Positions 42,233 to 50,337 of a DNA stretch of 64,000 bases are shown piece by piece (positions within the stretch are counted from its first letter, which is position 1; each line of letters begins with the position of its first letter). The translations under genes were made by a program, and so were the position numbers. A model generated the notes under the pieces. It worked only from the letters and a program-made list of their open reading frames with translations, ran no database searches and was not told the origin of the DNA. Origin of the DNA: Betaproteobacteria bacterium (GTDB taxonomy: Bacteria > Pseudomonadota > Gammaproteobacteria > Burkholderiales > Casimicrobiaceae); the NCBI GenBank assembly GCA_032123655.1, contig JAQBEY010000120.1:2-64001 (forward strand), in the 5' to 3' direction.

Positions 42233-42817
42233 ATGGAAATGACCAACACCCGCATCGTTCCCGCGCCGCCCGCCAAGGTCTGGAACGCGCTCAACGATCC
42301 TGCCACGCTCAAGGCCTGCATTCCCGGCTGCGATTCGCTCGAGCTGGTGGGTGAGAATGAGTGGCGCGCGGTGATGGCGGCAAAGGTCGGTCCGGTCTCG
42401 GCGCGATTCACGGGCACGATGAAAATGACCGATAGCCACCCGCCCGACGGTTACACGCTGCAGTTCGAGGGACAGGGCGGTGCCGCCGGCTTCGCGCGCG
42501 GGCAGGCGGTGGTATCGCTCGCCGCCTCGGGCGACGCGCAGACGGCGCTGACCTACGCGGTGAAGGCGCAGGTGGGCGGCAAGCTCGCACAGATCGGATC
42601 GCGGCTGGTCGATGGAGCGGCGGCCAAGCTCGCCGAAGATTTCTTTGGACGCTTCGCGCAGTCGCTGCAACCGGCCGGTGCGGCCGAACGCGATGCGGCG
42701 GCGATGTTGCCCAGCGCAGCCGGTGAAGCGCCGTCCGGACGGCGTTGGATTCGCTACATCGCGCTGGCCGCGATCGCTGCGGTCATCTGGTACCTGATGG
42801 TCTACGGCATCCGCTGA
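42233..42817 (+). CDS. coxG: SRPBCC-fold CoxG-family protein with C-terminal membrane anchor
   Basis: ...VPAPPAKVWNALNDPATLKACIPGC...GGKLAQIGSRLVDGAAAKLAEDFF is CoxG-like. A hydrophobic tail (WIRYIALAAIAAVIWYLMVYG) follows. Confidence 0.75.
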   Translation: MEMTNTRIVPAPPAKVWNALNDPATLKACIPGCDSLELVGENEWRAVMAAKVGPVSARFTGTMKMTDSHPPDGYTLQFEGQGGAAGFARGQAVVSLAASGDAQTALTYAVKAQVGGKLAQIGSRLVDGAAAKLAEDFFGRFAQSLQPAGAAERDAAAMLPSAAGEAPSGRRWIRYIALAAIAAVIWYLMVYGIR

Positions 42818-42850
42818 CGGTCGGGTTGCTCGCCGTTGCGCGGCGTGTGC

Positions 42851-44512
42851 CTAGCCGGCGCGCGCGCCCGCGCACTTGCCGCGGTCGTCGGCCACGACGA
42901 TCAGGTAAAGCGGCCTGCCGTCGGCTCCGGCCAGCGTCTCTTCGCTGCGCTCGCAGGGTGGATGACGCGCGAGCAGCGAATCAAGCTGTGCGCGGACACC
43001 CGTGGCCGCAGGCGAGGTCGATGCGAAGAGCACGAATGCCACCCGCCGGCCATGCAGATGCTCGACCGCCGCGCCGCCCGACGGTGCGGGCGCGTCGGGC
43101 GTTGCCGTGGCGAGCGGTCGGGACCAATCGCGAAAACCCGCGGAGACGGTGCGGGGCGAATGGGTGATCAGCGGCTGGTGCAGGCCCGGATCCACGCTGA
43201 CGACGCGGTCGACGTCGAGTTCCGTGAGCCGCTCCGCGAGCTTGCCGATCGCCGAATCGAAGGTCGGGCGGTAGTCGTGGTCATATCGCCACGAATCGAT
43301 GTAGCGCAGGTCGATGCCGACGTTCCAGGCGAACAGCGCGCCGCAGACGACCGCGCCGACGGTGGCGACGGTGGCGCGCTGGCCGGGCCGCTGACTTCCC
43401 GGCTGGTCGCCGGGTCGTTGCGAGACAATCGCCAGCAGCGTGACGAGCTGCAACGTGGGCAGCGGCCAGAGCATGATCAGGTGGTGCGTGCCGTCGACCT
43501 GCGGCGTGACGACGATGACCGCGAACAGCAACACCAGGGCCGCGGTAAGAAAGGCCAGCAGCCGTCGTGCCGGCGTCCATGGACGCCAATGCGCCAGCAG
43601 GTACACGGCAACGGCAATCTGCACCAGCGCCAACACGTTGAAGGCCGCGGTGGCGCGGACCCTGAGCCCGAAAACCCAGTGCATGACCGAGGTGCCGCTG
43701 AAGGTCGCGGCGTAAAGTTTCCAGACCTTGATGTATTGTGCGACCGGGTCGAAGGCGCCGCCGGCATGGGGGGTATCCGGCACCATGGCATGGCGGACCA
43801 GCGTGGCGACGCCCCAAGCGAGAAGCAACGCCGTTGCGGCGGCGATGACGGGCTGCCAGGGCGCGCCCGCGCGCAGACGCTGAAACACCATGCGGCCCGA
43901 AACCAGTGCGCCGGCACCGACGAAGGCCACGATAACCCAGAGGAAGTTGAGTTTGTCGACAAAACCCACCAGGAACGCGAAGCACAGCAACAGCAGCCAG
44001 TGCGTGCGCCCCGAATGCACCCAGTTCCAGAGGGCGACCAGCGCCAACACCCGCATCAGCGTGGCGATCATCGCCGGCCCCCAGTCGAGCCGCGCGTGGC
44101 TCAGCAGCACCGGGTCGGATACCATCAGCACCAGTGCCAGCAGCGCCCAGGCGCTGCCAAGCTCGCGGCGAAGAAAATGCCAGAGCACCGCCAACGCTGC
44201 GGCTGCGAACAGGATCGACGGCAGGCGCACCGTCCATACGTTGATGCCGAAGGCGGCGAACAGCGGCGCATGCAGCCAGGCCTTCACCGCGCCGACATAT
44301 TCCGGCGTCTGCATCAGCGGCAAACAGCCCCAGGACAGCGTGACGCCGGCATCGACGTCGCATTGCCCCAACGCCTGCAATGCCACCGGGACAAAGGCCA
44401 CTTCCTCGAACTGATATCCAGGGCGCGCGAGCTCGATGCTGGCCAGACCGACGAATGCCGCAATGAACAGATAGGGCAGGGCGAAGCGCAGGACCAGGGC
44501 CATGATGGACAA
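42851..44512 (-). CDS. GT-C-fold integral membrane glycosyltransferase (ArnT/PMT-like, GT39/GT83-type)
   Basis: 553 aa with about 10-12 hydrophobic segments followed by a soluble C-terminal domain, an architecture like polyprenyl-phosphate-dependent GT-C enzymes. The family call is tentative. Confidence 0.55.
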   Translation of the reverse strand: MSIMALVLRFALPYLFIAAFVGLASIELARPGYQFEEVAFVPVALQALGQCDVDAGVTLSWGCLPLMQTPEYVGAVKAWLHAPLFAAFGINVWTVRLPSILFAAAALAVLWHFLRRELGSAWALLALVLMVSDPVLLSHARLDWGPAMIATLMRVLALVALWNWVHSGRTHWLLLLCFAFLVGFVDKLNFLWVIVAFVGAGALVSGRMVFQRLRAGAPWQPVIAAATALLLAWGVATLVRHAMVPDTPHAGGAFDPVAQYIKVWKLYAATFSGTSVMHWVFGLRVRATAAFNVLALVQIAVAVYLLAHWRPWTPARRLLAFLTAALVLLFAVIVVTPQVDGTHHLIMLWPLPTLQLVTLLAIVSQRPGDQPGSQRPGQRATVATVGAVVCGALFAWNVGIDLRYIDSWRYDHDYRPTFDSAIGKLAERLTELDVDRVVSVDPGLHQPLITHSPRTVSAGFRDWSRPLATATPDAPAPSGGAAVEHLHGRRVAFVLFASTSPAATGVRAQLDSLLARHPPCERSEETLAGADGRPLYLIVVADDRGKCAGARAG

Positions 44513-44674
44513 TCGCGTGATGACGGGAGGCGGTTCCAGTTAACGCGAAGCGCGAGGATGGGTCAAGTCCGTCGGGCGAGCGCTGCGTGGTCCGGACGTG
44601 GCCAATTGTGTGCCCGCATGGCTGCTCTTGGGTAAAATGGGCCCATGCCCGGCGATACGGGCGGGAGTCGGAAC

Positions 44675-45688
44675 ATGGACAGCGTCGATCTGGAAGTCCT
44701 GAAGCGCAGCGCGCATTGGCTGGACGAGGGCAAGCGAGTGCTGCTGGTCACGGTCGTCAATACCTGGGGCAGCTCGCCGCGCCCCGAGGGGGCCATGCTC
44801 GCGGTGCGCGAAGACGGGCTGGTCGTGGGCTCGGTGTCCGGCGGTTGCATCGAGGACGACCTGATCGAGCGCACGCGCCGGCTGGGAATGACGCAGACGG
44901 AGGTCGGAGTGGTCACCTACGGCGTGTCCGCCGACGAGGCCCGCCGCTTCGGGCTGCCCTGCGGCGGGACCATCCGCTTGGTGACGGAACCGCTGACCAA
45001 GGAGTCGGGAATTCTGCTCCTGCTGCGCGAAATCGAGGCCGGCCATCTGGTGTCGCGGCGGCTCGATCTGCTCACCGGCCTTGCGAGCCTGCATCCTGCG
45101 CGCGCGACCGATGGACTCGCCTTCGACGGCAAGACACTGACCACGATTCACGGACCGCGCTACCGGATGCTGGTGATCGGCGCCTCGCAGCTGTCGAAGT
45201 ACCTGGCGCAGATCGCGGTTGGCCTCGACTACCAGGTGACGGTTTGCGACCCGCGCGAGGAATACACGGAGACCTGGGACATCCAGGGCGTGAGCCTGGT
45301 GCGCACCATGCCGGACGATACCGTCACCGCCATGCGGCTCGACGAACGCTGCGCGGTGATCGCCTTGACGCACGACCCGAAGCTCGACGACCTGGCGCTG
45401 ATGGAAGCACTGAAATCGCCGGCGTTCTATGTCGGCGCGCTCGGTTCGCGTGCGAACAACGCCAAGCGGCGGGTGCGCCTGCGCGAGGTCGACGTCACCG
45501 AGGCGGAGATCGCGCGCCTGCACGGTCCCATCGGCCTGTACATCGGCAGCCGCACGCCGCCGGAGATCGCGATTTCGATCCTGGCCGAGGTCACCGCGGT
45601 CAAGAACGGGTTGACGCTGCCAGATACGGTTCGTGTCGCCGGCGCCAAGGATAAAATCGCGCCTTCCGAGGCCTGCCCGACCAACTGA
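44675..45688 (+). CDS. XdhC/CoxI-family molybdenum cofactor insertion accessory protein
   Basis: ...LVTVVNTWGSSPRPEGAML...GSVSGGCIE... followed by a Rossmann-like YRMLVIGASQLS region. ATG 44675 follows a GGGAG Shine-Dalgarno sequence, and ATG 44645 is also in frame. Confidence 0.8.
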   Translation: MDSVDLEVLKRSAHWLDEGKRVLLVTVVNTWGSSPRPEGAMLAVREDGLVVGSVSGGCIEDDLIERTRRLGMTQTEVGVVTYGVSADEARRFGLPCGGTIRLVTEPLTKESGILLLLREIEAGHLVSRRLDLLTGLASLHPARATDGLAFDGKTLTTIHGPRYRMLVIGASQLSKYLAQIAVGLDYQVTVCDPREEYTETWDIQGVSLVRTMPDDTVTAMRLDERCAVIALTHDPKLDDLALMEALKSPAFYVGALGSRANNAKRRVRLREVDVTEAEIARLHGPIGLYIGSRTPPEIAISILAEVTAVKNGLTLPDTVRVAGAKDKIAPSEACPTN

Positions 45689-45840
45689 TCGCCCGAGCCG
45701 GCGCGATGCGCCCGAGCGCGCCGTCCGGTGACGCGACTGCAAATTGGATCGGCGGGTACCCGCGGAATTTGTCGTGCGGACCGGGCGGCAGGAAATTGCC
45801 ACCCGTGGTAAGGTTCGGGGCAATTTCATGCTGAGGTCCC

Positions 45841-46515
45841 ATGCTCGATCAGCGCAGTCGCCCCCGTACTACCGCCCCCGTTTCCACCGCTCCGTTTCCC
45901 GCAATCCCGCCGCGTAGCCGCCAGCCGGCCGCGATCCGGGTACGCCTGTTTTCCTGGGCGATGGCGGTGATGGTCGTCGTCGCGCTGGTGAGCGCCGGCG
46001 AGTCCGAGGCGCAGTGGAAGCCGCAGCCCGCGCCCATGTCCTCCACGCCGGCGGATGCGACAGCCTCGGTCTGGGACGCGCCTGAGCCGTGGCGTACCGA
46101 CCGCTTCTACATCCAGACCAGCGTCGCCACAATTCATTTCAACTCGGACCCGGATCACGACAATACGCAAAGACTGATTTATGGAGAGTGGCGCCTTCCG
46201 TACCGCTGGCTGGACGGACAGCCGTTCATCGGCGCGTCTGGATTCGACAATTCGTTCGGGCAATGGTCGCAGTTCTACTTCGGCGGCGTGCTGTGGCGGC
46301 CAATCGAAAAAGCACCGGAGTTCTACGTCAAGGTGGCAGCAGGCGCGCTGCACGGCTACACCGGTGAATTCGAGGACAAGGTTCCCTTCAACAGCAATGG
46401 CTGGTCGCCGGGCATCGTGCCGGGAGTGGGCTACTGCTACAAACGGTTTTGCGGGGAAATGATCCTGTTTGGCGGGGCCGGAATTCTGTGGACCGTGGGC
46501 ATGACGCTGCCCTAG
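45841..46515 (+). CDS. Putative outer-membrane beta-barrel protein, PagP-like (lipid A palmitoyltransferase-like)
   Basis: The segments ...IHFNSDPDHDNTQRLIYGEW... and ...GFDNSFGQWSQFY... loosely recall the PagP His and Asp-Ser regions, and the C-terminus is aromatic-rich. The likely true start is near MAVMVVVALVSAGESEAQ (about 45961). Assigned from memory only. Confidence 0.4.
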   Translation: MLDQRSRPRTTAPVSTAPFPAIPPRSRQPAAIRVRLFSWAMAVMVVVALVSAGESEAQWKPQPAPMSSTPADATASVWDAPEPWRTDRFYIQTSVATIHFNSDPDHDNTQRLIYGEWRLPYRWLDGQPFIGASGFDNSFGQWSQFYFGGVLWRPIEKAPEFYVKVAAGALHGYTGEFEDKVPFNSNGWSPGIVPGVGYCYKRFCGEMILFGGAGILWTVGMTLP

Positions 46516-46536
46516 GACCAAGCCGGCGCGCCAGCG

Positions 46537-47181
46537 TCAGGACGCAGCGGCGAGGGTCGACAGCGCGCGCCAGCGCTCGAGATCCGCTGGTTCGTCGACG
46601 TCCCATGACAACTGCAGGTCGGCGCAACCAATGCCGGCCGTCGCAAATGCGGCTCGGGTGTCGGCATGCGCATTCGCGCTGCTGAAACGCACACCCGGAA
46701 ACTGCAGTGGTCGGCGCGCACCGACAAGCACAAAACCCCCATCGACCGCCGGCCCCAGCACGGCATCGTGCCCGGCGAGCGCGTCGCCTGCCTGTGCCAG
46801 ATACGCAACGTCCAGACAGGGACAGTCGGTGCCGATGAGCAGCACGCCGCCGGAGCGGGTCAGCGCTGCGGCAAGCGCGTTGGTCATGCGCTCGCCCAGA
46901 TCCCCACCCTGCTGGCGATACCGGGTCGCGCCGAAACGCGTGGCCAGTTCGCGGAAGTAGTCGCTGTCGGCATCCGGTGCGCACCACAACTCGATCCGGC
47001 CGACCACTTCGGCGATGCGCGCTCGCGCCGCCTGCGCCAGCGTCACTTCGGTGAGTTCGCGGTAGATCGCCGCGGCTTCGACGTCGCCCAGCGCCAGCGC
47101 GAGGCGGGTTTTCACGGTGCCTGGAACGGGTTCCTTCGCGAAAACGACCAGCGCGGGCGGAGACCTGGGCGCGACCGTCAT
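46537..47181 (-). CDS. DUF2064 / TIGR04282-like nucleotidyltransferase-fold protein ('arsenosugar biosynthesis glycosyltransferase' in RefSeq naming)
   Basis: ALVVFAKEPVPGTVKTRLA...GGDLGERM...LIGTDCP...GPAVDGGFVLVG is the DUF2064 pattern. The ATG overlaps the upstream stop (ATGA at 47178-47181). Confidence 0.7.
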   Translation of the reverse strand: MTVAPRSPPALVVFAKEPVPGTVKTRLALALGDVEAAAIYRELTEVTLAQAARARIAEVVGRIELWCAPDADSDYFRELATRFGATRYRQQGGDLGERMTNALAAALTRSGGVLLIGTDCPCLDVAYLAQAGDALAGHDAVLGPAVDGGFVLVGARRPLQFPGVRFSSANAHADTRAAFATAGIGCADLQLSWDVDEPADLERWRALSTLAAAS

Positions 47182-47852
47182 CGATAGTGCCGGGCAAGCT
47201 GCGCGGGGTCGGCGCCCAGCGCGTAGGCAAGGCGCAGGCGCCACATGGTGAGGATGGTCTTCCACGGGCCGTGTGCTTCCCAGCGGCGGCCGGAAGTCTC
47301 GATGCGGGAAGCGAGGCAGGCGGGACGGCCGCCCCGCCGTTTCAGCGTCCGCGAAAGCTGCACGTCCTCCATCAGGGGGATCGCCGCATAGCCACCCACC
47401 AGGTCGAACAGCGTTCGGGTGACGAAAATTCCCTGGTCGCCCGTGGCGATTCCGGTCAGTCTTGAGCGCAGGTTCATCATTGCGGCGACGAGCTTGAGGA
47501 TGCGCGGGCGTCCTCGAATGGTCACGTCGAAGCGCCCCCAACCGGCACCGGCGCGCAAGGCGTCGTCGATCGCCGCCGCCGCCGCTTCCGGCAGACGCGA
47601 GTCCGCGTGCAGGAACAGCAGCACGTCTCCGCGGGCCGCGCCGGCGCCGGCGTTCATCTGGACGGCGCGGCCGCGCGGCGCCACCAGAACCCGGTCGGCC
47701 CGGCCCTGCGCGACCTCCTGGGTGGCATCACGGCTGCCGCCGTCGACGACAAGAACTTCGTGCCCGGCTGCGCGCAATGGCGCGAGCGCTGCAAGCGCGC
47801 CGATGAGCGTCGCGCCTTCGTCAAGCGTCGGGATGATGATCGAGAGCTTCAT
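47178..47852 (-). CDS. Family-2 glycosyltransferase, TIGR04283-like
   Basis: LSIIIPTLDE...VVDGGSRD...RGRAVQMNAGAGAARGDVLLFLHADS...TGDQGIFV...LMEDVQLS. Confidence 0.7.
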   Translation of the reverse strand: MKLSIIIPTLDEGATLIGALAALAPLRAAGHEVLVVDGGSRDATQEVAQGRADRVLVAPRGRAVQMNAGAGAARGDVLLFLHADSRLPEAAAAAIDDALRAGAGWGRFDVTIRGRPRILKLVAAMMNLRSRLTGIATGDQGIFVTRTLFDLVGGYAAIPLMEDVQLSRTLKRRGGRPACLASRIETSGRRWEAHGPWKTILTMWRLRLAYALGADPAQLARHYR

Positions 47853-47901
47853 CAGGGACAGGCGTCGCCGGCGCGGGTGGGAAGCAGGTGAACGGAAGGC
47901 A

Positions 47902-48597
47902 TCAGCGAATATCCGCAAAGAAGGCGCGCGGAGGTTCGCGTCCTGCGCGCAAGCATAGCAAAATGGCCACCACGCGCCAGAGACTGCGCCAGACACCCAT
48001 TTGCTCGAATTTCCGCGAACTGGTAATCACCTCGAGCGACAGGAACGAGGGCGGCGCTATGTCGCGCAGCCGCTGTGACAGCGCGATGTCCTCGGCGATG
48101 CATTCGGGGAAACCGCCCACGCGCCGGAACGCGGCGGCGCTCACGAACATCGCCTGGTCGCCATAGAAAGTCTGCATCCTGGAACAGCGCCAGTTGTGCA
48201 AGGCGGAAATGGTGCGCAGGCGCCAGTCGTCGCCGGAGAAGCGGTGCCGGAAGCCGCCGTAGACGAAGCCTGGCGTACTTGCCGCCGCGCCGATGGCCGC
48301 CAGCGCGCCGTCGGGAAGCGCGGTGTCGGCATGCAGAAAAAGCAGCACGTCGCCCGTGGCCGCGGCCGCGCCGGCGTTCATCTGCGTCGCCCGGCCGCGC
48401 CGCGCGGTGACCATGCGGATCCATTCGATGCGACGCAGCAGGGCGGGACCAGTGTCGGTGCTGCCGCCATCCACCGCGATCACCTCGACGGCCATTGCGC
48501 GTTGACGCTCGCGTTCGAGACGCGCCAGCGTCGAGGGTAGTGCGCGCGCTTCGTTGAGATAGGGGATGACGACGGAAATCTTCACCGTCTCGTCCAC
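47902..48597 (-). CDS. Family-2 glycosyltransferase, paralog of the downstream TIGR04283-like gene
   Basis: ISVVIPYLNE...AVDGGSTD...RGRATQMNAGAAAATGDVLLFLHADT...YGDQAMFV...IAEDIALS shares the long QMNAGA..A.GDVLLFLHAD block with 47178-47852. Confidence 0.7.
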   Translation of the reverse strand: MDETVKISVVIPYLNEARALPSTLARLERERQRAMAVEVIAVDGGSTDTGPALLRRIEWIRMVTARRGRATQMNAGAAAATGDVLLFLHADTALPDGALAAIGAAASTPGFVYGGFRHRFSGDDWRLRTISALHNWRCSRMQTFYGDQAMFVSAAAFRRVGGFPECIAEDIALSQRLRDIAPPSFLSLEVITSSRKFEQMGVWRSLWRVVAILLCLRAGREPPRAFFADIR

Positions 48598-48789
48598 GGT
48601 TCGAGGCGCGCGTCGAGTCGGGCGCCGATGGTTTCCTGAGCGATGCCGAAATAGCGCGGTGCCGGCGCTCCGGATTCGATCATCCGTTGTGTGCTCGCCC
48701 GATGACGTCGCAGGTCGCCGCGCTCCGGAGGACGTCGGATGGTCGATCGCACGGCAAAGTCTTCGCAGACGTCGTGCATGACCGTGTGG

Positions 48790-49614
48790 TCATTGGCCCC
48801 GTGGTGGCGTGCCGTTGAGCGCCCAGTCGTAGTCGATCCATTCGATCCTGTAAGTGTCCGCGGTGAGTCCGCGGGCTACTTCCGGATCGGTCACGTAGCG
48901 CGCAACGTACTTCTGCACCGAACCTGCAGGGCCGCTGAAATCTTCGTCGAACCATTTGAAGATTTCCGACAAATTTGCCAGCTTGCCGACCTTGTCGAAG
49001 CGATTGCGCGATGGGTCGTTGACGAACCGGCGCGCCTGTTCGTCCAGTTGCGTATCGAGCCGCGCCGGCGCATAGGCTTCGCTGCGCAGCAAGGGGCAGG
49101 ACTTCGACGCGCAGATGATCGCAAAGTGGATGCGTGACTCACCCAACGGACGGATGATCTTGTGCTCGAGATCGTAAAGATTGACGCTCTGGCCGTTCAG
49201 CGACCAGTCCTTGAGCTTGAAATAGCGGGCGCGACCGAAGAACGTGGATGGCGACAGGCCTTCGAGGATGCCGGCGATGGCCAGCGCGTTGTAGGCGTTG
49301 ATGTAATAGACCAGCGTGTCCGCCTTGGTATCGAGCTTGACCGGCCTGGCGAGGCTTTCCACGTATTTGCCGAAAGCCGGGCTCGCCTCGAAGCCCGGAT
49401 AGTTCACCTGGCCATTCCTGACGTTGGCCTTGAGCAGCGCGTCGAAGGGCGCGTGGTCGACACCCTGCGCCCTTGCCGCGGTGATACCCGGCGCGAGGGT
49501 CAGCACCAGCAGCGCGAGCAGCAGTCGTGCGAGTCGATGCCCGATCCGCGCGGCGGCCGCGGCAGGCCTGGTAGGAATAATGTTCATTGCCACCAGAAAT
49601 GGTCGGGAAATCAC
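48790..49614 (-). CDS. DUF547-domain protein with signal peptide
   Basis: ...YINAYNALAI...IHFAIICASKSCPLL...FKWF..DF... is the DUF547 pattern. The ATG at 49614 overlaps the TVP38 stop (ATGA), and ATG 49587 is an alternative start. Confidence 0.7.
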   Translation of the reverse strand: MISRPFLVAMNIIPTRPAAAAARIGHRLARLLLALLVLTLAPGITAARAQGVDHAPFDALLKANVRNGQVNYPGFEASPAFGKYVESLARPVKLDTKADTLVYYINAYNALAIAGILEGLSPSTFFGRARYFKLKDWSLNGQSVNLYDLEHKIIRPLGESRIHFAIICASKSCPLLRSEAYAPARLDTQLDEQARRFVNDPSRNRFDKVGKLANLSEIFKWFDEDFSGPAGSVQKYVARYVTDPEVARGLTADTYRIEWIDYDWALNGTPPRGQ

Positions 49615-50336
49615 GGCGAAGGATTACGCCGGGACTTCCATTTCCTGATCCCGACCGGCACCAGCGCGAAGGCCCCCAACAGCGCGAATGCGCCCAGCGT
49701 CTCGGCGGAGACCAGCCCTTGCAGCGAGTCGATGCTGCCCAGCGTCTGGCCAAGGTTCACGAAAACGAAGGAGCCTGGAATGATGCCGATCAGCGTGCCG
49801 ATGACAAAGGTCCGTAACGGTACGGATGTGAACGCGGGTGCCAGGTTCACCAGAAAAAACGGAAACAGCGGAACCAGGCGCAGGAACAACAGGTAGTTGA
49901 ACGCATTCTCGGAAAACCCGGCGTTGATCCTGTCGCCCAGCGGACCCAAACGCTTGCGCGCCGCCTCCGCGAACACGTAACGGGCGGCCAGGAAGATGAT
50001 CGTCGCGCCGACGGTCGCCGCGACCACGACCAGTGCCGTGCCCACCCAGCGGCCGAAGACGAAGCCGGTCGCCAGCGACAGAACCAGCGCGCCGGGCAGG
50101 CTGAAGGCCACCGACCCGGCGTAGATCAGGAAGGCGATGACCAGCGCGGCGGCAAAATGCGCTTCGGTGTAGTCGAGCAATGCCGCGCGATGCGCCTTGA
50201 TGTTGGCGAGCGTGAGGACGTGATGGCCGTCGAGCGCGAAAAACGCGATGACGACGCCGACAAACAGCGCCAGGATCACGAATTTGAGCCAGCGCCGATC
50301 GGCGGGCGGTCGTGCGCCTTCAGTCGGGGCACCCAC
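49611..50336 (-). CDS. TVP38/TMEM64 (DedA-related, SNARE-associated) membrane protein
   Basis: ...PGALVLSLATGFVFG...FNYLLFLRLVPLFPFFLVNL...GIIPG is a typical TVP38 sequence. The GTG start lies 1 nt after the upstream stop. Confidence 0.75.
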   Translation of the reverse strand: MGAPTEGARPPADRRWLKFVILALFVGVVIAFFALDGHHVLTLANIKAHRAALLDYTEAHFAAALVIAFLIYAGSVAFSLPGALVLSLATGFVFGRWVGTALVVVAATVGATIIFLAARYVFAEAARKRLGPLGDRINAGFSENAFNYLLFLRLVPLFPFFLVNLAPAFTSVPLRTFVIGTLIGIIPGSFVFVNLGQTLGSIDSLQGLVSAETLGAFALLGAFALVPVGIRKWKSRRNPSP

Positions 50337-50337
50337 C

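Noticed and set aside
42836-44635. 599-aa plus-strand ORF
   Set aside because: It is antisense to the polytopic GT-C protein. It is highly charged and repetitive (R/Q/G/D-rich), whereas the minus-strand frame gives coherent TM segments.
48598-48789. 192-bp gap inside the six-gene operon with small ORFs on both strands
   Set aside because: The translations lack any motif or plausible start context. The gap is more likely an internal promoter or untranslated spacer.
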